Position numbers and translations under genes: made by a program. From NCBI RefSeq assembly GCF_001194135.2, contig NC_068985.1, positions 20,982,835 to 21,046,834 on the forward strand: a stretch of DNA of 64,000 nt, read 5' to 3'. This DNA is from Octopus bimaculoides (taxonomy: Eukaryota). Under the pieces are notes generated by a model that worked only from the letters and a program-made list of their open reading frames with translations, searched no databases and was not told the DNA's origin. Below are positions 39,201 through 52,559 of this stretch, piece after piece (the stretch's first letter is position 1; each line of letters opens with the position of its first letter).

Positions 39201-41166
39201 GCCTCATTCTCTCTCATAGCTGACAAAGATAATTTTGATTATGATAATTTCATTATTATTTTTATTAATTACAACAATTCGTAGTTGAATCCCTCTAAAG
39301 AGGTATCTGTTCTAAAATCATAATTCTCTATGGTTCACCTAGCCTAGTTTTTCCTGTTAAATGAATTGCTGACTTTTTACCTGATATATAGGTTCAATAT
39401 AAATTGATAACTAAGATATCTCACAGTGAGTAGTCTAAAGCATGTTCTAGAAGAAAACCTTATTTACAAACCAAACTAGAAAACTATAAAATATTGATTG
39501 GTATTAATAATCTGTGTTAATGTCAATGAGGATAAGTAAAGACAGTTTTTGTCAACTAACTTTTTCCACTGACGGATATGAAAAATCATTCCTACTTTTA
39601 TCTCATTCCTTGTCAGTTTGAATATTTTACCTAAGACATAAATGCTTCTTATTTGCCACACATTTTTTTAAATTAACACAATTGGCTACTATATTAGGTT
39701 TGAACATCTGCTATAGTTTCTTGCTCATTATATTTTCTAATTTTGAGTAAGAAAGAAACAATGAACACTATTTTATTTCCTTTTGGAAATTCATTTTCTG
39801 GACTTTTGCCATGCTAACTAGTATATTAGTTTTACATCGCAATGCTAATAATTATGAAATTACCTAATTAAATTCTAAAGTCTGATGAAACTAGTGATGG
39901 TCTGTGCTGGAAAAAAAAAATACCTGATATGGACATGTGCAAGTGACTTATGAAATTACTTTGTTTATTGCTAATGCTATTAAAGACCTATCAACTAAAC
40001 CTTTTCTGTAAATATTAGTAATGCTATAGCATTCATTGTCCTTCTAGAAATTTTGCCATCTGTTGTCAAAGTTATTTCTCAAAATAGGCATTTGTTTTAC
40101 AATAGCTTCTTTGGTTTAGCAGCTGCAAATATAAAATACACAAAACGTATTTCATATTAAAAAGAAAAGAAAATTGGCAGTTACCCAAATTGCAGCAGAG
40201 TTGGGATTTACATAATTTGCATATAACCCCTTTACGTTTTGTTCACATTTCAGTTTACAATAAATTCTCAAACATCTTTTATACATGACATAAGTTGCTA
40301 ATTCAACTGTACAAAAAAACTTTATTACATAATCTACAAGAGACTGTTATGATAAAAAATTTTCCATGAGATCATTATTTTAATATTGACCAAAAGCAGT
40401 GTTCATACAGATTCTTATAAACAAAGTATTCTTTGAATTTCTGCTTAGTTATCAACTCTAAAACTAGATATATTTTATAGACTTTTGAAAATAGTCATGA
40501 TCAAATATTCTACATAAAAGTTATTTACAATTTAAGCTCTTATTTTTTTTAATCATTGTAATATACTAAAAACAAGGTTATATATTTGATATATGAAAGA
40601 AAAAACTCCAGTAATCCTTATATGCTAGCATTGTTCAAATACATTTTATTATAAATTTGTAGATCATTTTCTTGATGTTATATATAAGTTTATATCAATA
40701 TAGATCAAATAATTAAACTTACTTTCATTTTATCTAACTAAAGAATTAGTATCTCTCTACAAATATATTTTCAGATTTTGTTTAGGCATAGTGATACTAA
40801 TAATCAGTTGTTATAACTCAAATATACTTATACTTTAGAGTAAAGCATTAGGTGAGTTCAGAACGTAATATTAATTATGAATGACAAGAGAACATGAGTA
40901 ATCACTTTCATTAGCTTACATTTGTTTCTGCTCTAAGAAACATTGTACTCAGAGCTGAGCTGAGTGCTTGTACAACATTCTATACCTTCCACAGAGCCCA
41001 AGATTGTTAAGTTATAACTAATAACAAAATATTTACTTATGTAAGCACTCAATACTGATAGTAGAGTCAAATTTGTTATACTTAAGGACTTGAGTAGGAT
41101 TTAAAGTTTTGCCTTTTGCAGCTTAATTTGTCATGCACTATATGTGTGTGTGTGTGTGTGTGTGCA

Positions 41167-41213
<47 letters not shown>

Positions 41214-41519
41214 GAAATAAACAAAATATAAAAAGAATTCTTCTAACTACTTATAGTAATTTGTAAACTACTGAAGTTATCTGTTAGAATCATCAGCCTG
41301 AATTGATCTAATTTCTAATTTGGAGACTAAAGTAATAATTAATCAAGCTTTTAAAGAATATATACCAACAATCTAAACAGCTTTTTAAAGCAGATATTTA
41401 CTTTTGATTTTACGGGAATAGCTTTGAACTGCTTCTTGTAAAAAGTAACTAAAAATTGCATTTTTACATCAGCAAAATAGTCATTTGTAAAATATTAAAA
41501 ATGTGATAGATACTAGCTG

Positions 41520-41563
<44 letters not shown>

Positions 41564-42021
41564 TTATTTATATTGCTAGAATTGAGAAGTTAGATTTTGC
41601 TGTAATTTTTGGTATTATATTGATACAAAAAAAATTAAATCAATCAAAATATACCAGTGTAAATTGACCACATTAGTCAAATTCTGTAATTTGTGGTTTG
41701 TATTACAAATACTCGATAAGATAACAAACATTATTAATCAAATACAACTGCTTAATATTTACAGTAAAAATAGAAAGCAATTGTTTAAAATTTCTAAGAT
41801 TTGAATTTAGAGTAAATAGTGAAATACTTCATTTTCGTATTTGGTTTGCAAGATTTTTGATATGAAATCATATGTTGAAACAGATTTTGTTGTACTTTGG
41901 GAGAGTCATTATGCCAACTAGTTAACTAAACAATTGTTTGATTAGTCACTCAGTCACTCAAGCAGCAACATTCATATGCAGTCTCATCTGTAACATATTC
42001 TCTACTCCAGGTCTGTCCTAG

Positions 42022-42084
42022 ATAGATGTGGATGAGAGAGAACACAACACTGATGACATTGCGAGCAGTGTCAAAAGAATTCTG
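42022..42084 (+). CDS. Candidate internal coding exon, 63 nt, phase 0-0, IDVDEREHNTDDIASSVKRIL
   Basis: Pyrimidine-rich acceptor TCTGTCCTAG, CTG|GTAAAC donor, only one frame open, coding-like composition. Confidence 0.55.
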
Positions 42085-43582
42085 GTAAACTTAAATGATT
42101 GACTGATTAACCAAGCAGTTAATGAAACAAATTGATTTTAGTTAATGGTTAATGAAACAATTCAATTTTAGTTAATGGTTAAACGGTTTACTACTTGACT
42201 AATAATGATAAAAGAAGTGGAGTAGAACCAGGGTGTATTTATTATTGGCTTAATAATCCTCCCAATATACAAGAAAGTTGTTAAATAACTGTCTAGAAGC
42301 AACATTATGAAAGAGTTGAAACCGAACAGGGAAGTGTCTTATCAAGAAATAAATTCTCTTCATATATATGCCATTACATATATTATTCATCTAATAGATA
42401 TTTGATAAGAGATGTATTTTCCTTTTAGTTTTCTAATAGATATAGTTTAAAATATATTTTTCAACTACAAATTACACCAGAGGAAAATGTTTACTATCTG
42501 ATAGAAGAATATTTTAATGACACTGAATTTTCTAGCAAGTGCCCATGAAATTGTTATTTAAATAAATAAAAAAAGACTAAACAACTGAATCTTTTTAAGA
42601 AATAAAGAGCTACCAAGCAAATTACCATATGTTTTCTGGATTTTCTTAAAACTACTAATACTGCTAATTCTGACCATATTTAACTTAAATGAGAATGTGT
42701 TATTTACATACAACCTAGATTTATATGATTAAAATTTCTTTGTTTGCACCAAAATTCAAAAACAATATTCTTACCTCAAACTATTCAATATATTTCATGT
42801 CTCCCAAATATCAAATACTGCAAAATACTTTTAAAAAAGGAGTTATCTTGTTCAAAATTCACTTTCATTATATTTAAATTTCAAAACATTCTTTTGATTA
42901 ATAAAAATATTTTAATCATAATTTTGATATCATATCTGCTTTATGATATTTCAACAGATGATTAATCATTTTGAAGCTACCTAAAAGCCTCATGTTCCAA
43001 TCTGTTTTGTGGCCTTCTATCATGTATCATTTAATTGTGTTAGGTGCAGTTTATTAATTAAGGCATGTTGCAGCTTCTCTTCTTCCCTATCAAGCCTATA
43101 TTGATGTGATAAAGAGTTTATAAAAATTACAATGCATGTAAGCAAGGAGAATTTAGTTGATCAGTGGCAACTGTGATTTTTTAAAAAATTTTTATTGGAA
43201 ATTAGGAACCTCTCAGAAGAAAATGGATTGAATAGGAAAATTAATCTCACCATTAACTTTATCTTTTGTGTTTTTGTCTATATATGCTTCTTTATTCAGT
43301 ATAATTCCAAATCACATTTTCACATGTAAGCCTTTTCCTTGGGCTATATTTGAATCCTCAAAATTTCAACATTCTTATCAACTGTAAGTTTGATATTATC
43401 AAATATTTTGGTGTATTTTATATTTGTCTGCATCAGTCTGGAGGGACAGTGATTTTAATACAACATTCTGGTAAAATCTAATGCATCTCATTGTTATGGA
43501 AGTAGTTGGAAGAGTAACTGCATAGACTGAAATGAATTCCAGCTTTGAATTGTACCTTTCACAGATCTAACTGCTTTTTATT

Positions 43583-43627
<45 letters not shown>

Positions 43628-44007
43628 TCAGAGAATTTTGATTTTGTTTTATCAAATAATTATCAAAAAATTATCTGTTTCTTTCTTTTTCTACTTCCTT
43701 ATTGAAGAACTGATACACTACTTGAGCATGTTTGTTTAGAAAATTTACATTCAGTGTTTCATAAATTATTGCTGATTGAGAGACTTGATATAGGTGAAAT
43801 TGAAAAAACAAATCCACATGGATAACTTCTATTGATTCAATTAAGTGAAATACTATAATTTAAGAAAATTCATGTTAGACTATGTTGACAAACATCAGTT
43901 CAAAAAGGTTTTCAAAATAGAATAAGTTCATGTGCTATGAGAAATGGATCCTAATTATTGGATAGGAATCCTCTTCTCACAGTGTTTGTATTATTAAAGT
44001 ATTAAAT

Positions 44008-44206
44008 CAGTATTTTCTAACCCTTGGGCTTAAGGCATCACAAGTTTAATCAAATTATGTCACTAAGCCATGATAGGGTTGAAAAAAGAAGGAAATGAAA
44101 ATGAATTTCTGAAAGTTCTAAAAGAAAATTAACAGTAAGTGCCAAAGATTAAGATATATAGATTATGGAAAGGGGACTATCAGTCAGAAAATATTGGAAA
44201 ACACTG
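44008..44206. mobile_element. hAT-type MITE with 8-bp target-site duplication
   Basis: Termini CAGTATTTTCTAA / TTGGAAAACACTG; TATTAAAT at 44000-44007 and 44207-44214. Confidence 0.8.
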
Positions 44207-45961
44207 TATTAAATTCACCATATGAAGAACAATAAAGAAAACTGTCTTATAACAAATACACTATAAGCAAAATATTAGAAAACTATAGCAATTAAATTAT
44301 TATCAACGTATATGTAAGTTTTATAGGTGAACAAAAGCATATAACATATTTACTAACTACATCAAATATCAGTTGAGGTTATATCAAGCCGACAAGTTAT
44401 ATTTGCTCAAAATCTAACCAATTTATCAATTATAAAAGGAATTCTAAAAAGAGTTATAGATTGATTACTAGTGTTCACTCTGCCTCTGAATTTAACTCTT
44501 TCCAGATCTCATTATTTCCATTTCTTTCGGTATCTTGTTATATTGATTCTAAATGAGGGAAGCTTCATAAGTTGAAACTAAAAATATCAGTGGTCCTAGA
44601 ATTCTAGACAAGCTATTTATTTATCAAGAAGCTATAAATAACCAGCACTATTCACATAACCTACTGACACAAACTCACCAGACGCATTTTGAAGAAAATA
44701 ATATTCATTGATTTTATATTCATAAAGTGAATGGTGAAAGAAAATCCAAATAATTAATAGAAACAATTCATTACATGTATGTAATTACTATAATCATTAT
44801 AGTAATCATATTTGTATCCAATACTTCTCATTAAAAAGCATATTAATATTCATTCTGTTCTGCCACAAGAAGTATACTTTTTATTGCATACATTGATTCT
44901 AATGCATCCACTTTACATATACATGTTAATATATATGTTTACGTGAATATAAATATGTAATAATTTATGTATTCATACATATATATGTAGATAGATACCA
45001 TGAATATGTTTCCTATTAACTTAAATAGGGTGATAATATTCACATGAAGTGTAGCCCCTTTTGAACTCAAGGCCATTACATCACATCATATCATATCATA
45101 TCACAAAGGCTATACCTTTGCAATCTTAGAGCAAGAGATAGCTATGAAATAAGTATTGAAAAAACAAAACAGCAAAGCTCTTAAACTACCAAATTACTAG
45201 CACAAACGTTGATTATGTCACTCTGCTGTGGAAGGCATAACACATGTGAGCAATAGCTGACCAAGAATGTCATCAAGATGCTACCTTCCACTCTGACATA
45301 ATGTTGCTTCTAAAACAGTATATAATGCCATCTGCACATAAGACTGCTCTGGAATAAATATAAATAAAACCTTTGCTATAGAATACATACATATCAGTGC
45401 AAGAAATACTCAAGGAACATTCTCATTAAAACTCCTACGAAGTACAAGCATAGCAGATCTGGTGGAGCTATTAGAGAAGGAAAACTTATGTATAGTCATG
45501 AAGGTTAACTGTCCTTCAGATGTGAACATGTCTTCCAAAATTAATGAGAAGAATATTTACGGTCAGCTTTTCCTCCGCTCTGATTATAGATTCCCATTTA
45601 CATTAATAAGCACTGATGCTCTTGGTTATGTTATCAAATATCTAAGCAACACCCTGGAAATGCTAGGCTTTTCAAACAAAAAGGCTAGCTACTACACATT
45701 TTACAGATACAATCTATTAGTAGAACAGTATGCAAGACTTTCTTCAAATTCAATATGCAACAATTATTTATGTTGTTAGCCAAATTCCAGTGATAGAGCT
45801 TCTGATTCTCTGTTAGAAACCAACTTTGTCCTAGGAAGAATACTAATAAATGAAATATATAAATGTGTGTTTATATATATGTGTGTGTGTGTATACACAC
45901 TTTCTCCTTGACTTACGACTGAGTTCCATTCTGAATGACAGGTCGTTTTTCNNNNNNNNNN

Positions 45962-45997
<36 letters not shown>

Positions 45998-46002
<5 letters not shown>

Positions 46003-46190
46003 AGAATTCGCAAAAAAAGAAAGACAAAGACAGGTGGTGTAGACAACAAACAGATGTATTAGTTTAACATTCAGGAAGGGAAAAAGTCTTTAATGTTTCA
46101 AGCCTACACTCTTCCACAGAAAGGAACAAGGAGAGAAAATAAAGAATGTGTAGTGGCTAGCGATCTATCATGACGAATGTCGGACAGAAG
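45998..46190 (-). mobile_element. Copy of the short hammerhead-bearing element, abutting (AT)n
   Basis: Homology to 20750-20945; motif at 46087-46124 with core CUGUGGA. Confidence 0.7.
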
Positions 46191-46309
46191 GGTCACACAG
46201 GAGAGCTAGGAAGAAGGGGAGATAAGGTGGCTTCGTTCAAAAGTTAAAACAATGCAAAGCACATTGTGTCCAACAATGTATAACATCTGATAGTCTGGTT
46301 GATCACGTG

Positions 46310-46344
<35 letters not shown>

Positions 46345-46844
46345 TACACGTATGTATGTGTGTATGCATATATACATAGCATATCATAATTATTTAATGT
46401 CCCTTTTTCCATGTTAACATGCATTGAATAGTTTAACAGGAACTGACAAGCAAGAGAGCTGCCCTGGCTCCTATATCTTCTTTGGCAAGGTTACTGCAGC
46501 TGGATTCTCTTTATAACGTTATAATGCCAACAGCTTTACAGAATGTACTGGGTATGTTTTTACAAGGCACCAACAGTTATGAGGTCACCTAGTACTTTCA
46601 AGACAGAACCCCTTAACTGAGTAAGGTGTAGTATTAAATGATGTGAAAGTATAATAGAGGGATAGGAATTGGTACCTTGCTGGACAGGTGATTACCTTGC
46701 TTTTTCAGCTTGAAAGAAAGAGAGAATTGGTCAGAAGATACCCTCAAGGTACAAAATGAATATGAGGAAAACAATAGGGAGACAGAAACAGAAAGGGTAG
46801 AAGGGTAGGTAAGTGGGCTGGAGTGTGACAGATGATTACAAAGG

Positions 46845-46880
<36 letters not shown>

Positions 46881-47090
46881 AATTGAGGATATAACCATTA
46901 ACATGATTCTACCATATAAAAAACGACCGTATCAGTAAAATTAATTTTTAAGTATATAATTATAAAAATATAATTATAATTATAATTAAGGGCACTGGAA
47001 TATCAGCACCTATACGCTAGAAGTAGATGTCAAATACCTACAATCCACTCTAAATTTGTTCTCTATTTATAACCTAAGGCTGTGTGTGTG

Positions 47091-47156
<66 letters not shown>

Positions 47157-49409
47157 TATGTACACACACATACATATATGTATACACACGTACACACACA
47201 CACGCACATATATTGTGATTTCACTTAGGAATAGTGACACTACTAAGCTGTTTTAGAACTCTATACACATATGCCTCAGGATAAAATATTAGGCAAGTAT
47301 AGAGTGTAAAATGAATTACTGGAATGACAAGGGAACAGGAATTATGTAATCAGCTTCTCTAGCTTACACTGTTTCTGCTATAAGAAGCAGTGCACTCAGA
47401 GATGATTGCCTCAGCATCACCTTATAGTTTCTTTGGAGCCTTGAAAACGAAGTGCATGTTTATTTGAGAAGCTATTTAAACATATGGCAAACCATCGAAA
47501 CACTAAAAATACAAAAACATTGGTGTATGCAGTTTGAGGGAGAGAAGCTACTCTCAGAAATATGTAGATTTAAATAATTGTATGCATATATACTGGTGCA
47601 TAATGAACATATATATATAATTATTCATGCACGTACAAAAATATACAGAGAATGTATCTAAGGAAATTATAAGGTGACGCACAAGTACTTACCTCTGAGT
47701 GCACAGCTTATTACAGCAGAAACAGCTGTATGCTAATGAAGTGGATTATGTATGCATGCATACATGTATGTACATGTGTGTGTATACGTACATACATATA
47801 TATATATATATATAATCAGACACAGGAAGTTTATAAGCTGTTATATATTATATATGTGCATGCATGAACTCAATATTAAATCGAATATTGAACAAAAAAG
47901 CATTTGAAGGAATAGCACAAATTAAACATATTTTGATGCACATACATACCTCAGATTGCCATTACGGCATTATGTCAAAGAAATTCTTCCATACAAAGAA
48001 GTTTGCATGCTGTGACATTGAATAATTTACTATCTGATCTATTTATACATTTGCTTATGTATGCATGTTTATAATAATATGATTATAGTTGTTTCTATTT
48101 TTGAGTGTGTTTATTGATGTTTCATCAATGCTATGCATAAGACACACAACAGTAGAATTTCAAAATTTGAAAAAGTTCATAATGTTATTTCAAAACATTT
48201 CAGTGTGAGTTGCTGTTCAAGTGTTGTTTTCTGAAAAAATTTGATTTGTTTTTGCAATATTTATAGAACTTGTCAGTTTATTGAAGGCTGTGAGAAAATA
48301 GTATTGATGAAATACTTAGCCCAATATTTAACAATATTCAATAACATGTTACCATCTGCTTTTAGTACAAGGTTCATGTATTCAAATATAAATCCAAAAG
48401 CATAAAACTTGGTTGTCTTATGAGCATCAACTGCTCTCTATGATGTTATTACTGGGCTTTCTCATAGACCACCATTTTCAGTTTTGATTCAGTACTGCAC
48501 ACTCTGTAACTTTGTGATGTTATACCTTAGTATAAGTACCTTTTTCTGTGTTAAGAACTTTGTTAGCCTAATACACTATCTAGAGTTCATCACATATGAT
48601 GATATAGTTGTCAGTAAACTAGTACTGGAGTTTCACTTGGATGAAACTCTGTAACAAGGCTTATGCAATAACAAATTCAACATAGCTTCTTATGCAGATA
48701 TCAAATGATATCAAATTGAACACACACTTCCATTGGTGTGGTTGTGATATGTAATTGATATCAATCTAGTTAATGTCTTTTGGAAGCTATGATATCAGTT
48801 TATGTGCCACTTTATGTATAGTATCTCCAATGTTTGGTATTTCTCACTAGACTGAATATCATGAAATTTTAAACTCATGCAGAAAAACAATTTGAAGAGC
48901 CCAAAGTTAATCCCCTTTCCAACTCACCAGCTTAGCTGAGCCCTAATTTGTATAACCTGTAAATAGGTAATAAGCAACAAATGGGTATTATTTGCCTGAT
49001 GAAGCTCTAAGCAGATTAGAAACTAGTCAAGTCAGTCCAATTTTATTACTGTCCATAAGGAGATAAAAACTGATGTAGCTACTCAGTTTATTTTTCACAA
49101 TGAGGTAGAAGCTGTTTGTTTACATAACATTCCAAATTATCCAAAAGCACTATATATATATATATATAATAAGCATGCGCCTATATTTAAAAACCTGTTA
49201 CTAGTTAATGTAACATGGTACATTAAACCTTAATGTTACATCTTTGTTTATTTGATTTCTTTTATTCAACATTGATCTATGTTTTCAGTAATAAAGCATG
49301 AGTTTTTAGCTAACCTTTAGGTGTGTGAATAAGAAAATGAGATGAGAAATTTTAAAATGCTTGTTCATAATTATTTAAAACTTGTGGCATGTTTATTGTT
49401 CAATAAGCC

Positions 49410-49457
<48 letters not shown>

Positions 49458-49886
49458 CGTGCAAACGAGGGAGAGAGTTCCATGGACAGTTTTTCAAAAC
49501 AGCTAGAGTTGTAAACCTCTTACGGTTCGATTTATAGTTTTGGGAGGTTTTGGCCTCACTACTTCAAGCTAATAGAAGCATTTCCATAATCTGTTGATGC
49601 TGCTGGTAAAGATAATGGATTATATGGACTAATAGAGCAGTTCGGAAAGTGTTATGTATCTGGACTATTAATTCATCACAACATTAATGACAAAATACGA
49701 GGTGTCTGATAAGAAGCCCAGACCTTTTTCAGTTAGCCAGCTTTAACTTTTTCCAAAGAATGACAACAGAAATGAATGCTTAATCAAGAGTGTATTAATT
49801 GCTAAAAGGATAACTTTATATGACTATTAAAATAAGACTAATATCTAGTTCCCTGGAAATCCTGCAATGTTAGATAAAATCTCTTG

Positions 49887-49932
<46 letters not shown>

Positions 49933-50064
49933 AATTTCATCTACATATGCCACTGTCTTTAGGGTTTTTCCTATTTATATAATACATGAAATTTACTAAT
50001 AATTGTTAATGGTTGTTCTGTATTGATTTGTTATGTTTTTCTTTTTGTGATAATTATAGTTTGC

Positions 50065-50760
50065 TTGATTTTGGGGGTTGCATCTAAGGCAAAAGCCATT
50101 CTGTTCTTCAGCAAGCTTGGGATCAACAATTTCCTACATCTCTTTTCCAGACACCTTATGCAGACTTTACCCAGGAGATTCAACAAGGAGATTCATCTAT
50201 AATTAGAGCACTCTCTCTTGTCTCTCTTTTCAAAAATTGGGAATATCATCCTGGATTTCCATAGCTTCAGGGTCTCTAAGCAGCCTAGCATACGGGAGTC
50301 AGTCAGAGCATACCTTCTCTATTTAAGGTTTTTTACATCTCAAGCTGAATTTCATCTTTTCCATCTGCCTTGCTACATTTGAGTGCTTTAATTGCTTCCA
50401 TGATTTCAGCCTCTGTGAGATAGTATTCATCCCAAAGTGCACCTCGTGTCCACCAGATGATTTTATTGTGACCAGATTTAGAAGAGCAGCAAAGTATTCT
50501 CACCACTTCTCAAGGATATTATTCTTTACAGAGAGAAGGATCTCACCTGAGTTCTTAATTACAGGTGTGGAAGAGAGCTTCTTTTTATGCGGTCAGTGGA
50601 TGGTCTTCCAGAATAATTTATTGGCCAATCTAAAACCAGATTCCATCTTAGCCTCAAAGTCTTCTTATGACTTAGTTATAGACGTTTTTACTGTCTCCGT
50701 TGAAACTTTTTGCACCTCAATGTACCATGTATACAAAAGTGCAGACTTGTTTGCAGATAT
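50065..50760 (-). mobile_element. RTE-type LINE fragment, inverted 5' segment (linker to early RT), decayed
   Basis: Minus-strand translation across stops and frameshifts: ANKLFWKTI, LTEAEIMEAIKALKCSKADGKDEI, IIPIF.K.D..ECSNYR.ISLL, EEQNGF. Confidence 0.85.
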
Positions 50761-51537
50761 ATGGTGGTACTTGGCTCATCGGTAGGTTATCTCCAACATA
50801 CACTGAATGGGTCCACTGCTGAGTGCTGCAAAGTAGGAATGAGAATTAGTATTACAAAGACTGAGACATTGATCATCTCAAGAAACTCATCCCAATGCAT
50901 TCTGCATGTTAGTAGAACATCACTGATACAAGTGGAGAAGTTTAAGCAGCTTGAGGCCATATTCATAAATAATGGAAGGCAGGAGGCTAACATAGAAGCT
51001 AGAATTGCAGATGTTGGCACAGATATGCACCAGCTTCAGTATTTGATCATCAGAAGAAGAAAGTTTGGTAAAAAAAAAAGCTAAACTCACTATCTTCAAT
51101 TCAGTTTTAATGCCCAGCATCGCCTTTCTTCATGAATGCTGAATAATGGCCAAAAGAGTATGATTGCAAGCTGATCAGGGTCTTTTCCAAAGGGTCTCAG
51201 GAGTAATATTACTCAACATGGTGCATAGCCCAGAGATCAGGGAGTCTCTCCAGATTGAGCAACTACTTCTTCACATTGATAGACCACAGCTAAGGTACTA
51301 CAGACTTGTCACAGGAAAGAATTGCAAGATGGATTCTTCAAGCAAATTGACAGGAGACCTAGTGGTAGACCAAGAATGAAATGGTTGGATAATATCCAGT
51401 CTCAGTTGGTCACACTTGTGAATCCAGCTAGAAAATGTAATGTCAGTAGCTTCTGGTAGGACCCTATGGAGGAGGTACTCTAGGACTCTACCCCCATTAA
51501 CCATCCAAGGAATAGTGGGCTATAATGGATGGATGAT
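50746..51537 (+). mobile_element. RTE-type LINE fragment, 3' segment (RT domain 5 to 3' end), decayed
   Basis: LFAD then frameshifted MVVLGSS, GMRISITKTETL, QVEKFKQL, KAKLTIFNSVLMP; ends in ATGGATGGATG. Confidence 0.85.
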
Positions 51538-52559
51538 TTGGGGAGTATTTTTTTCTATTAATAACATAAATTTAATTTATTCAATATCCAGAAACTTTTA
51601 ATTTTCATATCAAATATTTATATGCAATATTACATGTGTGTGCAGTTTAAGAGTCAGAGGAAGAAATAAGAAAGAGATGGAGAGAGAGATAACAAAAGAA
51701 TAAAATATAAAAGAAGAAAGATTGAGGATCTGTGAAATAGCTAACTTCACTGTTCCATAAAAATATAATTTGAAATTAATTTTCTATCTCTGTTTTACTT
51801 TGTACTCTTTAATTAATACATGCTAACTAACTTACTTTTTGCTATTTCCACACAGTAATTTAATACAAATTTGACTTTAATAGTCAGATTTGTTACTTTG
51901 GCTTTGGTAAGTGAATGGCAAATATTCAGCAGAAATATTAGTACAAGAAACCACAGTAAAAGGGTCTGATTTACTTTACATATATAAGTTGAAATACTTA
52001 GAAGGATAGCAAATTTCACTGTATAGGAGTTCAGCTTTATGTCCACTTTATATGTTGGCACATACATTATAAACAACATATATGCGTGTCTTTAAATTTA
52101 TGTGTGTATGTGTTTGTGGATTTTTATATATATATATATACCCATACACAGCCATAATAAGCATCATACATGTGTGTATGTGTGTGTATACTTCATTGGA
52201 AATTTCAATAGCATCATTGTTATAAAGGAAGAAATTAATTATATACTAACAGCATATAATGAAATAGTTAAACAAATGAGATGATAATGTACCTCTTCTT
52301 CAAGTTCCCCTTACGTCAGACAATGATGCACACAAAAATAGGGTACTTTTCTAAGTCCCATTATACACACATGCACACATTTATATATAAATATACATTT
52401 ATTGTGTTAATGTTTGTTTTTATTTTCAGTCATAATAAAAACAATTTTACATTAATCTAATGGGTTACTCTATACTTTTGTAGAGAAGAAATTTATTATT
52501 CTTAAACAAGAATATTATTGACAGTAACTTTGAAGTTTCAACCAGTTAAGCAATTGTCA

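Noticed and set aside
39880-39900. CTGATGAAACTAGT
   Set aside because: Hammerhead core words with no stem II between them; cannot fold as a ribozyme.
42050-42076. CTGATGA followed by an 8-bp hairpin inside the 42022 exon
   Set aside because: No GAAA after the stem, so not a hammerhead; explained by coding sequence.
45462-45779. 105-aa ORF with a non-ATG start
   Set aside because: No splice context or recognisable motif; may be a decayed LINE piece, but I cannot support that.
47693-47740. Strong minus-strand donor CAGAG|GTAAGT
   Set aside because: No convincing acceptor or open frame upstream; chance occurrence is plausible.
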